This document shows positions 50,767 through 61,800 of a DNA stretch of 64,000 bases, one piece after another. Location: positions 8,184,001 through 8,248,000 of the forward strand of contig OZ360231.1 of NCBI GenBank assembly GCA_977017645.1. The letters run 5' to 3'. Source of the stretch: Torpedo marmorata. Taxonomy: Eukaryota. The notes beneath the pieces are model-generated. The model was not told where the DNA came from and ran no database searches. It worked only from the letters and a program-made list of their open reading frames with translations. The position numbers were made by a program, and so were the translations under genes. Every line of letters starts with the position of its first letter. Within the stretch, counting starts at the first letter, position 1.

Positions 50767-53254
50767 TTTATTTTATTTTAAATATTTTATTTAAAATTTT
50801 AAATCACAAAATACATAAGGTAAAATATGAAATTATCAAAATACTTGTGATACATTTTCACCCCCCCTCCCTCCCTAACCATCCCATCCCTACTAATCTA
50901 CTAAAATAAAAATAAAAAAGAAAGAAAAAGATAGAATAAGGAGAATGTCAATCTAAAAAATACATCTATAAACTAATTTTATTGTGGAGGATAGATTCGC
51001 CAGTCAGATCCGATGTCTAGAGATTTTCAAATCCTTAAACCAAAAGCCTTCATATATGGGCTCCATATTTTCAAAAAGAAATGATATTTATTATGTAAAT
51101 TATAAGTAATTTTTTCAAGTGGTATACATGAACGAAGTTCTGCACGCCATCTCTCTAACCCTAAATCTACATCAGACTTCCATGTAATAGCAATGCATTT
51201 CTTAGAAACAGCTAAAGCAATTTGCAAAAATTCTATTTGATACATATTTAATTTCATCTTAATAATAATTCTTTTAATATCTCCAAACAAAAATATCATA
51301 GGGTCCATTCGAAGTTATAATACTCAATACTTTATCTAAAATTTTTTTAACTTTCAACCAAAAATCATAAATCTTTGGACAGAACCATGTAGAATGTACA
51401 AAAGAACCTTCCTCTCTATTACATCTAAAACATAAACCTGATAATGTTGAATTAAATTTCTTTAATTTTTTAGGTGTTAAATATAAATGATGAAAATAAT
51501 AATATTGAACTAATCTATATCTAACGTTAATAATCTTCATCATACTTAGTTTACATAATTCTTTCCAATGTTCTTCGTCTATTGTTACATTCAAATCTGA
51601 TTCCCATTTTAATCTTGATTTATGAATTCCTACTTTAGGGATTTTTCTCTGAAACAATCTATACATTTGAGAAATAAATTTATTTACACCTCCATTAGTA
51701 ACTAATAATTCCAGTTCACTCTGTCTTGGTAAAGTCAAGCTACAACCTAACTTCCCAACTAAAAATGCTCTAATTTGATATAAGCAAAAAGTGTATTATT
51801 CAATACATTAAACTTATCTTTCATTCTTTGAAAAGTAATAAATTTACTAGCTTCAAAACAATCATTTATTTTCTTAATTCCCTTTTGGAACCAAATTTTA
51901 AATAATTGATTATTAACAGTAAATGGAATAAGTTTATTTTGATATATAAAGGCATTTTTGGAGAAATCGACCCTTTCCCTCCTATCTCCCTATCCACTCT
52001 ATTCCATATTTCTAACAAATGTTTAAAGATAGGAGAATTCTTCCCTTTTGTTAATAATAATTTAGAATTCCATTTATAAATAACTTCTTCTTTCAAATCT
52101 TCTCCTATATTATTTAATTCTATTCTAATCCAAGCAGAAGACTTAACTAAATCAAACATTTCATTAACAAATCTTAATTGAGCTGCTTTATAATAATTTT
52201 GAAAATTAGGAAGTTGCAAACCACCCATTTCATATTTCCAAGTTAACTTCTCCATACCTACTCTAGCCAACTTTCCTTTCCACAAAAACTTCCTAATAAT
52301 TAAATTTAAATCTTTAAAAAATTTCTAAGGGATTTCATAAGGAATTGATTGAAAAAGATATTGAATTCTTGGAAAGACATTCATTTTAATACAGATTACC
52401 CTTCCTATTAAAGTTATAGGTAAGTCCTTCCAACTTTCTAAATCTTTTTAAATTTCATAAATAATGGTAAATAATTTAATTTATATAAATTAGTTAATTT
52501 TGTATCAATCTTTATTCCCAAATATTTAATTCCTTCCTTTGACCATTTAAATTGTGTAATTTCTTTACAATTACTATAATCCCCTTGCGTCAATGCCATA
52601 ATTTCACTTTTATCAGAATTAATCTTATAACCAGATATTTCCCCATATTCTCTCAATAAAACAGTCAATTGTGTTAAAGAAGTAATAGGTTTTGTCATAT
52701 AAATCAATACATCATCTGCAAATAAACTAATTTTATGCTCTTCTCTTCCAACTTTAATACCTGCAATCTTAATATCTTGTCTAATTAGTTCTTCCAAAGG
52801 TTCTATTGCTAAAATAAACAATGCTGGCGACAAAGTAGATCCTTGTCTAGTTGACCTAGTCAAAGAAAAGTTTGAAGAAATTTGTCACCACTTTAGCAGA
52901 TGGTTCTTTATATATAGTTTTAATCCAATTAATAAATGTAGTTCCAAAACCAAATTTCACCAATACATTAAATAAATAATTCCACTCTAATCTGTCAAAA
53001 GCCTTTTCAGCATCTAATGTTAATACTAATGCTAGGTCATCTTTTTTTTTTACACATTAATTAAACTAATTAATCTAGCTATATTATCTTTTGAATATCT
53101 ATTCTTAATAAAACCAGCTTGATCTACATGGATTAAATCTGGTAAATAATTAGCCACTCTATTTGCTAAAATTTTTGCCATTATCTTATAATCCACATTT
53201 AACAATGAAATTGGTCTATATGATTCTGTTTTCAATACATCTCTATCATTTATA
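50767..53254 (-). mobile_element. L1/Tx1-clade LINE, 5'-truncated, inserted in the Penelope RT
   Basis: ORF pieces 51027-53385. 13-bp TSD agcttgtcaactt (50754-50766, 53255-53267). Confidence 0.94.
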
Positions 53255-54438
53255 AGCTTGTCAACTTCATCCACTTCGCATCCAACTTCCACCACGATCT
53301 CAAACTCACCTGGTCCATCTCTGATAACACTCCCCTTCCTGGATCTCTCTGTCTCCATCTCAGGAGACAAGCTTTCCACCGACATTTACTACAAACCCTC
53401 CAACTCCCACAACTATATGGACTACACTTCCTCTGCAAGGATTCCATCCCCTTCTCTCAATTTCTCCATCTCCGCCGGATCTGTTTCCAAGATGAGGTGT
53501 TGCAGTCCAGATCTTCTGAAATGTCTGCCTTTTTCCACAAACGTGGCTTCCCCTACACCACCATCAATTCAGCCCTCACCCGCATCTCCTCCATTTCCCG
53601 CTCATCTGCCCTGGCCCCCTCTGCCCCCCAGACGCAACAAACATAGAATCCCCCTCATCCTCACCTACCACACCACCAGCCTCTGCATCCAACACATTAT
53701 CCGCCAGAATTTCCGGCACTTACTACAGGATCCCACCACCAGACACATTTTTCCTTCTCCTCCCCTCGGCCTTCCGTAGGGACCGCTCCCTCTGCGATTC
53801 CCTCGTGCACTCATCCCTCCCCACCCATCGCACCCCCGGCACCTTCCCCTGTGCCCGCAGGAGGTGCAACACCTGCGCCCACACCTCCCCCATCACCACG
53901 GTTCGGGGCCTCAAACAGGCCTTTCAAGTGAAACTACACTTCAATTGTACATCCAGAGAACTTATTTACTGCATCCGGTGCTCCCTTTGTGGCTTTCTCT
54001 ACATTGGAGAGACCGGTCGTAGATTGGGAGACCGCTTTTTGCTGAGCACCTCCTCTCCGTCCGCAACAACAGCGACCTCCCAGTAGCCAGCCATTTCAAT
54101 TCCGGGTCACACTCCCACACTCACATGTCTGTCCATGGCCTCATGTACCATCCCACCCATACTACCCGCAAATTGGAGGAACAACATCTCATTTTCTGTC
54201 TGGGCACTCTCCAGCCAGGTGGCATTAACATTGACTTTTCTGCTTTCCACTAAACCTGCTTATCGTTTCCTTCCCCTCCCCCCTCACCTGTCCTTCCTGT
54301 TTTTTTCCGCCATCCCAGCCATCCCTCCTCCCCCTCTTTGCTGCTGTCCCCTCCCTCCTTTCTCCACCTATCATCTCCTGCATTTGCCACCCCCCTTCCC
54401 CCCTCACTCTTTTGTTCGGACGCCTGCCGGCATTTTCT

Positions 54439-54479
54439 CATAGTTTGATGAAGGGCTCAACCCCGAAACGTCAGTTATG
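54439..54479 (+). ncRNA. Minimal hammerhead-ribozyme-like motif in the Penelope 3' repeat
   Basis: (T)TGATGA-agggctcaacccc-GAAAC-GTC, with catagt/agttatg as a possible stem I. Core C3 is replaced by T. Confidence 0.6.
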
Positions 54480-54819
54480 TATTTCTACCTTTTCTACATA
54501 AAAGACACTGTTTGACCTGCTGAGTTTCTCCAGCATTTGTGTTTTTTACTTCAACCACGGTGTCTACAGATTTTAATGTTTTACTGCCATTCAGTAAAAT
54601 CATTTCACCTCAGCATCCCATATTTGGACCAAATCCCTCAATTTTTCAATACTGTATGCAAATTCTATCAACCTCTGGCTTGAAGACACTCACTTGACTG
54701 AGCCTCCATAGCCTCTTGAGTAGAAAATTGCTGAGGATGAAAAAAAATCTCTTGCTTGTCCTTAATGATCAACACTCATTTTGAGACTATAGCTCCAGGA
54801 GTTTGATCCATTACTTTAT

Positions 54820-55570
54820 CCATGTATTTATTGTCATCTGATTGTACATGTACATATGCAACCTGTCGAAACAGCGTATCTCCGGACCATAGTGCACACA
54901 CACAGAGCCTACACACAAATAACATAGATACATAGCGATCCAAAATAAATATATATACAAATAATTTACAGGTTTCTAGGGTTGTTCAAAAGTCTCACTG
55001 CCTGAGGGAAGAAGCTGTTTCCCAGCCTGGCAGTCCTGGTTTTTATGCTCCTGTACCTCTTCCTTGAAGGTAGTGTCTCAGATACTGCCAGCTGGATGGT
55101 AAGGGTCCTCAATGATTCTCTGCACCCTCTTTAAGCACCACTCCCCCTAGATATCATAAATAGAGGGAAGGGAAACCTCAGCGATCTCAGCAGTTTTCAT
55201 CACCCTTCATACTGACCTCTGATCTGACGTTTTGCAGCTACCATATCAAACTATGATGCAGCCAGCCAGGACACTCTCTATTGTGCTCCTGCAGAACGTT
55301 GTTAGAATGATGGCCAGTAGCCTTGCCCTCCTCAACCTCCTGAGGAAGTGCAGGCATTGATGCACCTTCCTAATGAGGTGTTGTGGGTCCAGGGTAGGTT
55401 GTCCTTTAAAAGGACACCAAGGAACTTTGTGCTGCCCCCTTTCTATCTACGATGGACCCATTAATATGTAGTGGGGAGTAGTCCTTCATCCTCCTGAGAG
55501 TCCACAATTATCTCCTTTGTCTTGTCCACATTGAGACTCAGGTTGTTGTTATTGCACCACTCTCCAAGCC
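54820..55570 (-). mobile_element. Old Rex1/Babar-like LINE fragment
   Basis: gaagaagctgttt...ctcctgtacctcttcc...gtccacaattatctcctttgtcttgtccacattgag parallels the 11685 copy. Confidence 0.7.
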
Positions 55571-56045
55571 TTGTTGCAGATGCAGTGTACTTTTAGTACA
55601 GTTCCTTTAAATTTGCCCTTAACATTTTCCCACAATTTGGCCCAATTTGCCACCTGCCTTTGTTTCCACTGTGTTATTTATTTCTAATTACATTAAAATC
55701 CCCGGTATCCGGAATTCAAGCAACCGGCAAAAAAAAGGAGATAAATAAATAAATAATTGGAATAAATAAGAATAAAAAAAAATTTAAATAAAAGTTTAAA
55801 ATTGTAAAAGTAAATATTCTCTGAAGCAACACATAAATGCATGGTGAAGATGGGAGCAAACATGCAGCCAGCAGAGCGCCCCGGTCGTGCCCCACGCGCA
55901 GCAGCTGCTTGAATAAAGTTGTGTTTGAATAAAATGGCGTCGCCCAGAATGAAGAGCCGGCCGATGCTGCTCGGCACGTGGGCAATTCTCGCAAAGTGTC
56001 TCCCTATCCCTGCCTAGTAAGAGTCTTTATCTTTATTAGCATATT

Positions 56046-56570
56046 ATTAGATTTCAGATTTATTGTCAGAGTACATACATGACATCACATACAACCGAGA
56101 TTCTTTTTCCTGCGGGCGCGCAAGAATTATGACTAATTGGTAGTGCAAAAAAAACTGTACACAGCGTAAACATGTAAACAAAGAACTGTAAACAGATAAC
56201 GAATGTAAACAAACTGACTGTGCAATACAGAGAGAATAAAAAAGAAAATCAATAAAGTGCACAAGTAAGAGTCCTTAAATGTCTCTGATTGAGTTTGTCG
56301 TTGAGGAGTCTGATGGTGGAGGGGTAGCAGCTGTTCCTAAACCTGGTGGAGCGGTCTTGTGGCACCTACACCTCTTTCCTGATGGCAGCAGTGAGAACAG
56401 AGCGTGTGCTGGGTGGTGTGGGTCTTTGATGATTGCTGCTGCTCTCCAACGGCAGCATTCCCTGTAGATGTACTCAATAGTGGGGAGGGTTTTGCCTGTG
56501 ATGTCCCAGGCTGTGTCCACTACCTTTTGGAGGGCTTTACGCTCAGGGGTATTGGTGTCCCCATACCAGA
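56046..56570 (-). mobile_element. Rex1/Babar-type LINE 3' fragment (same subfamily as 378-1616)
   Basis: ORF 56275..56520 IIKDPHHPAHALFSLLPSGKR. Shares its 3' UTR with the 378-1616 copy. Confidence 0.87.
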
Positions 56571-56636
56571 ACGTGTATTAAGTATATTAGTAAGGCTTTA
56601 TCTGTAAACTTGGGGGAGGAGGGGGTTAGTTATGAT

Positions 56637-56690
56637 GGCGGCACGGTTAGCGCAATGCTGTTACAGCACCTGCAACCGGGGTTCGAATTT
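56637..56690 (+). mobile_element. 5' tRNA-like head of a V-SINE
   Basis: ggcggcacggttagcgcaatgctgttacagc...ggggttcgaat matches 36271-36333. Confidence 0.65.
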
Positions 56691-57259
56691 AAATTTTGTA
56701 AGTTATGGGAATTACCTGATTAAAGTGAACTTTACATAATTAAGGACTGCAATACTGATTTTTTTCAAATTACTTTACATTTTGTACTGTCTTTTGTCTT
56801 TTAAACTGTTTATTCTTAAAGTTAGGCATTCTAAGTGTTTCTCAGGCATCCGGAAAATACGCATATCCGGCATACACAATCCCCGTAGGTGCCAGATACC
56901 AGGGATTCTACTGTACTATTTTTGTAGTTTTTATTTCAATGTTTTTTCTCTTACTCTCCTCTCCGGTTCTCAACCCCTGGCAAACTAGTTTAATCTTTCT
57001 CCAAAGGCACCAGAAAATTCTATTGCAAGGTTATTTGTTGTGGTCTTGTTAAGATGTAACTCCTCCAATTCTCCAGCCACACATTCATTTAGCCCTACTT
57101 TTGCATCTTAACTGGTAGAAATTTCTGAGATGATTACTTTGATTTAAAAAAAAAACTTTTTCCTAACATCCGATAGCATATGGTCTGCACCCTCTCTCTT
57201 CCGGATACTTTGCAAACATTCAGTGACATCTTTGATTAAAGCATCAAGGATGCAACAGA

Positions 57260-58853
57260 TTGACTAGATCTACTAGACAAGGATGCCCTTTGTCACCAGC
57301 GTTATTTATTTTGGCGATAGAACCTTTGGCAGAATTAGTTAGAAAAGATCCTAAAATAGTTGGTATTAAAGTTGGAATGGAAGAACATAAAATTAGTTTA
57401 TTTGCAGATGATGTATTGATATATATGACAAAAACTATTACATCTTTAGTACAATTGTCTGCGTTATTGAGAGAATATGGGGAAATATCTGGATATAAAA
57501 TTAATTGTGATAAAAGTGAAATTATGGCACTATCACAAGGGGATTATAGTAAGTGTAAAGAAATTACACAATTTAAATGGGCAAAAGAAGGAATTAAATA
57601 TTTGGGAATAAGGATTGATACAAAATTGGCTAATTTATATAAATTAAATTATCTACCACTATTTGTGAAAATTAAAAGGATTTAGAAAATTGGAAAGATT
57701 TACCTATAACTTTAATGGGAAGGGTAACTTGTATTAAAATGAATGTTTTTCCAAGAATTCAATATCTTTTCCAATCAATTCCTTATGAAATTCCTCAAAT
57801 ATTTTTTAAAGATTTAAATTCAATTATTAGAAAATTTTTATGGAAAGGAAAGTTAGCAAGAGTAGGTATAGAAAAATTAACTTGGAATTTTGAAATGGGT
57901 GGTTTACAACTTCCTAATTTCCAAAATTATTATAAAGCAGCTCAATTAAAATTTGTTAATGAACTTTTTGATCCAACTAAATCTTCTGCTTGGATTAAAA
58001 TAGAATTAAATAATATAGGAGAAGATTCCAAAGAAGTAGTTATTTATAAATGGGATTCTAAATTAATATCAACAAGAAGGAAAAATTCTCCTATCCTTAA
58101 ACATTTGTTAGAAATATGGAAAAAGACGGATATGGAAATAGGAGGAAAAGGATTGATTTCTCCAAGGATGCCTTTATATCAAAATGAACTTATTCCATTT
58201 ACTATTAATAATCAATTATTTAAAATTTGGTTTCAAAAAGGAATTAAGAAAATAAATGATTGTTTTGAAGCTGGGAAATTTATTACTTTTCAAAGAATGA
58301 AAGATAAATTTAATATATTGGATAATACACCTTTTACTTATTATCAAATTGGAGCATTTGTGATTGAGAAATTAGGTTATAGTTTGATTTTACCAAGACA
58401 GAATGAATTAGAATTATTAGTTACTAAAGGAGATGTAAACAAATTTATTTCTCAAATGTATAAATTGTTTCAGGGGAAAACTCCTAAAGTAGGAATTCAT
58501 AAATCAAGATTAAAGTGGGAACTAGATTTGAATGTAACAATAGATGAAAATCATTGGAAAGAATTATGTAAATTAAGTATGATGAAGATTATTAATGTCA
58601 GATATAGATTAGTACAATATAATTTTTTTCATCAATTATATTTAACACCTAAAAAATTAAAGAAATTTAATCCGACATTATCAGCTTTATGTTTTAGATG
58701 CAATAAAGAGGAAGGTTCTTTAGTACATTCTACATGGTTTTGTCCAAAAGTTTATGATTTCTGGTTGAAAGATAAAATTTTTTTAGATAAAGTATTTAAG
58801 ATTACATTTCCAATGGATCCTATGATATTTTTGTTTGGAGATATTAGAAAATT
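57260..58853 (+). mobile_element. L1/Tx1-clade LINE fragment lacking both ends
   Basis: ORFs 57260..57685 and 57715..58869. Homology stops after IFLFGDIRK. Confidence 0.92.
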
Positions 58854-61800
58854 ATCAGATTACATGTGATACATTTTCACCCTCCCCCCCTTCCCTAACC
58901 CTCCCGAAAAAAAGAAAGAAGGAAGAAAAAGATAAAGGAGAATGTCACTCTAAACAAAACTACTGTAATCTAGTTTTATAGTGAAACACAGGTTCGCCAG
59001 TCAGATCCAATATGTGGTGTTACAAAATCAAACCAGCAACGATAGAAGACGCAATGCAAAAGGGGTAAAATTGAAATTTATATTTATTAAACACAATTAA
59101 ACATATAATTTCACAACAATTAACCCCACTATAAACGTCTATAAACACTATTCTTATCTAAAAGGTGTGTGTGTGTGTGTGTGTGTGTAAAGCCCAGACC
59201 ATTACAGTCTGTGCCCAACCCTTACGTAAAAATGGAAAAACTTTCCCCAAAAAAACCCCACGTCAGTCATAAAAAAACAAGTCAGTAAAAAAAAGAATAA
59301 TACAGTCCACAAAATTCACTCTCTAAGTTCAGGTTTCAAATTCAGTTCTGTGTCTGGTAGAAGTACTTCTAAATGAACGTTGGAGAGAGACAATGACTGT
59401 TTATGCTTACAAATACTTGTTTTTCTTCTCTGATGACGTTCCCTTCTTGTGTTTTCATAAGGATTGCGAGTTCAGATCAGTATACCACTGATTAAGGCGT
59501 GTGCTTGGATCTCACAGCTAGTCTCGCTGATCTCACGCCTGTTCTCCACAGAAGTTGCTTTACCTCAGAATTTCTCTGAGACAGGAGGCCATGTGCTATC
59601 CTGCCAGTCTTTTCTCTGGGATGCTGCACAAGCCTGGATTTGGCTGTGTTCTCTAGCCTTTGCAACTCCCAACTGTCTGCTTTTTGCAGAGGTCTGCACC
59701 TGCTTTTGCAAAAGTGCAACAATGTATCTTTTCCACAGTCTGTCTCTCTCTGCTCTCCCTCTCTCTCTGGGTACACCAAGTCCTGGGCAAGTTAACTCTT
59801 TCAGTACCTGGCCCCAGTGTATACTCCAAAATACTTCATCCTTCCTGCTGACCGTCCGCAGTCCAAATGGTCAGTCATGGTCCATAACAGTGGAGATCTT
59901 CAAATCCTTAAACCGACAGTTTTTATATATGGGCTCCATATTTTCAGAAAGAAATGATATATATCACGTAAATTATAAGTAATTTTTTCAAGTGGTATAC
60001 ATGAACGCAATTCAGCATGCCATCTTTCTAACACTAAATCTACATCCGATTTCCATGTAATGGCAATACATTTCTTAGAAACGGCTAAAGCAATACGTAA
60101 AAATTCTGTTTGATACATATTTAATTTCATTTTAACACTAGTTCTTTTAATATCTCCAAACAAAAATATCATAGGATCCATTGGGAGTGTAATTTCTTAA
60201 TACTTTATCTAAAAAATGTTAAACCTTCAACCAAAAATCATACACTTTTGGACAAAACCATGTAGAGTGTACAAAAGAACCTTCCTCACTATTACATCTA
60301 AAACATAAACCAGATAATGTCGGATTAAATTTCTTTAGTCTTTTAGGTGTTAAATATAATTGATGGAAAAAATTATATTGCACCAATCTATATCTAACAT
60401 TAATAATCTTCGTCATACTATGTTTACATAATTTTTTCCAGTGTTCTTCATCTATTGTTACATTCAAATCTGTTTCCCAATTTAATCTTGATTTGTGAAT
60501 TCCTGGTTTAGGCAATTTCCTCTGTAACAATCTATACATTTGAGAAATAAATTTAGGAACACCTCCATTAGTAACTAATAATTCCAATTCAGTCTGTCTT
60601 GGTAAAATCAAACTATGGCCCAACCTTTCAACTAAAAATGTTCTGATTTGATAGTAAGCAAGGATTGTATTATTTGTTACATTAAACTTATCCTTCATTC
60701 TTTGAAACGTAATAAATTTACCGGCTTCAAAACAATCATTTATTTCCTTAATTCCCTTTTGGAACCAAATTTTAAATAATTGATTATCAACAGTAAATGG
60801 GATAAGTTTATTTTGATACAGAGGCATTCTTCGAGAGATTGACCCTTTCGCTCCTATTTCTCTATCCACTCTGTTCCATATTTCTAGCAAATGCCTAAAA
60901 ATAGGAGAATTTTTCCCTTTAGTTAATAATAATTTAGAATTCCATTTATAAATGACATCTTCTTTCAAATCCTCTCCTATATTATTTAATTCTATTCTAA
61001 TCCAAGCAGAGATTTTCCCTCAATCAAACAGTTCGTTAATAAATTTTAGTTGGGCTGCTTTATAGTAATATTGAAAATTAGGAAGTTATAGACCACCCAT
61101 TTCATAATTCCAGGTTAATTTCTCCATACCTACTCTAGCCAACTTTCCTTTCCACAAAAATCTCTTAATAATTAAATTTAAATCTTTAAAAAATTTCTGA
61201 GGAATTTCATAAGGGATTGATTGAAAATGATATTGAATTCTCGGAAAAACATTCATTTTAATACAATTTACCCTTCCCATTAGAGTTATAGGCAAATCCT
61301 TCCAACTCTCCTGATCTTTTTTTATATTCACAAATAATGGTAAATAGTTTAATTTATACAAATTAGTTAATTTTGTATCAATCTTTATTCCCAAATATTT
61401 AATTCCTTCCTTTGACCATTTAAATTGTGTAATTTCTTTACATTTACTATAATCGCCTTGTGTTAAAGGCATAATTTCACTTTTATCCGAATTAATCTTA
61501 TAACCAGATATTTCCCCATATTCTTTGAATAAAACAGACAATTGCACTAAAGAATTAATAGGTTTTGTCATATATATCAATACATCATCTGCAAATAAAC
61601 TAATTTTGTGTTCTTCATTACCAACTTTAATACCTGCAATCTTAGTATCTTGTCTAAATAATTCAGCTAAAGGTTCTATTGCTAAAATAAATAATGCTGA
61701 CGATAAAGGACAACCTTGTCTAGTAGACCTAGTTAAGGAAAATTTTGAAGATATTTGTCCATTTGTGACTACTCTAGCAGAAGGTTCTTTATATATAGTT

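Larger units (their letters stand above)
50325..54585 (+). mobile_element. Penelope-like retroelement (RT + GIY-YIG), split by a LINE
   Basis: TMDVQSLYTSIPH, FLRYIDDYIG (50702-50731), LPFLDLSV, LIYCIRCSLCGFLYIGETGRRLGDRF. The 3' repeat has a hammerhead-like core. Confidence 0.92.
55691..56913. mobile_element. Tc1/mariner-type non-autonomous element containing nested insertions
   Basis: Left end ta|CATTAAAATCCCCGGTATCCGG; right end reverse complement ta|CAGTAGAATCCCTGGTATCTGG. Confidence 0.7.

Noticed and set aside
5809-54852. TACATGTA (Tc1-like footprint) at 5809, 36044, 49633 and 54845
   Set aside because: About 2 are expected by chance at this base composition, and there is no paralogous empty site to confirm an insertion.
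56700-56760. SETDB2 first coding exon at the donor-like CAG|gtaatt near 56715
   Set aside because: The phase-1 frame contains TAA, the nearby ATG is followed immediately by TAA, and the site is inside a TIR element.
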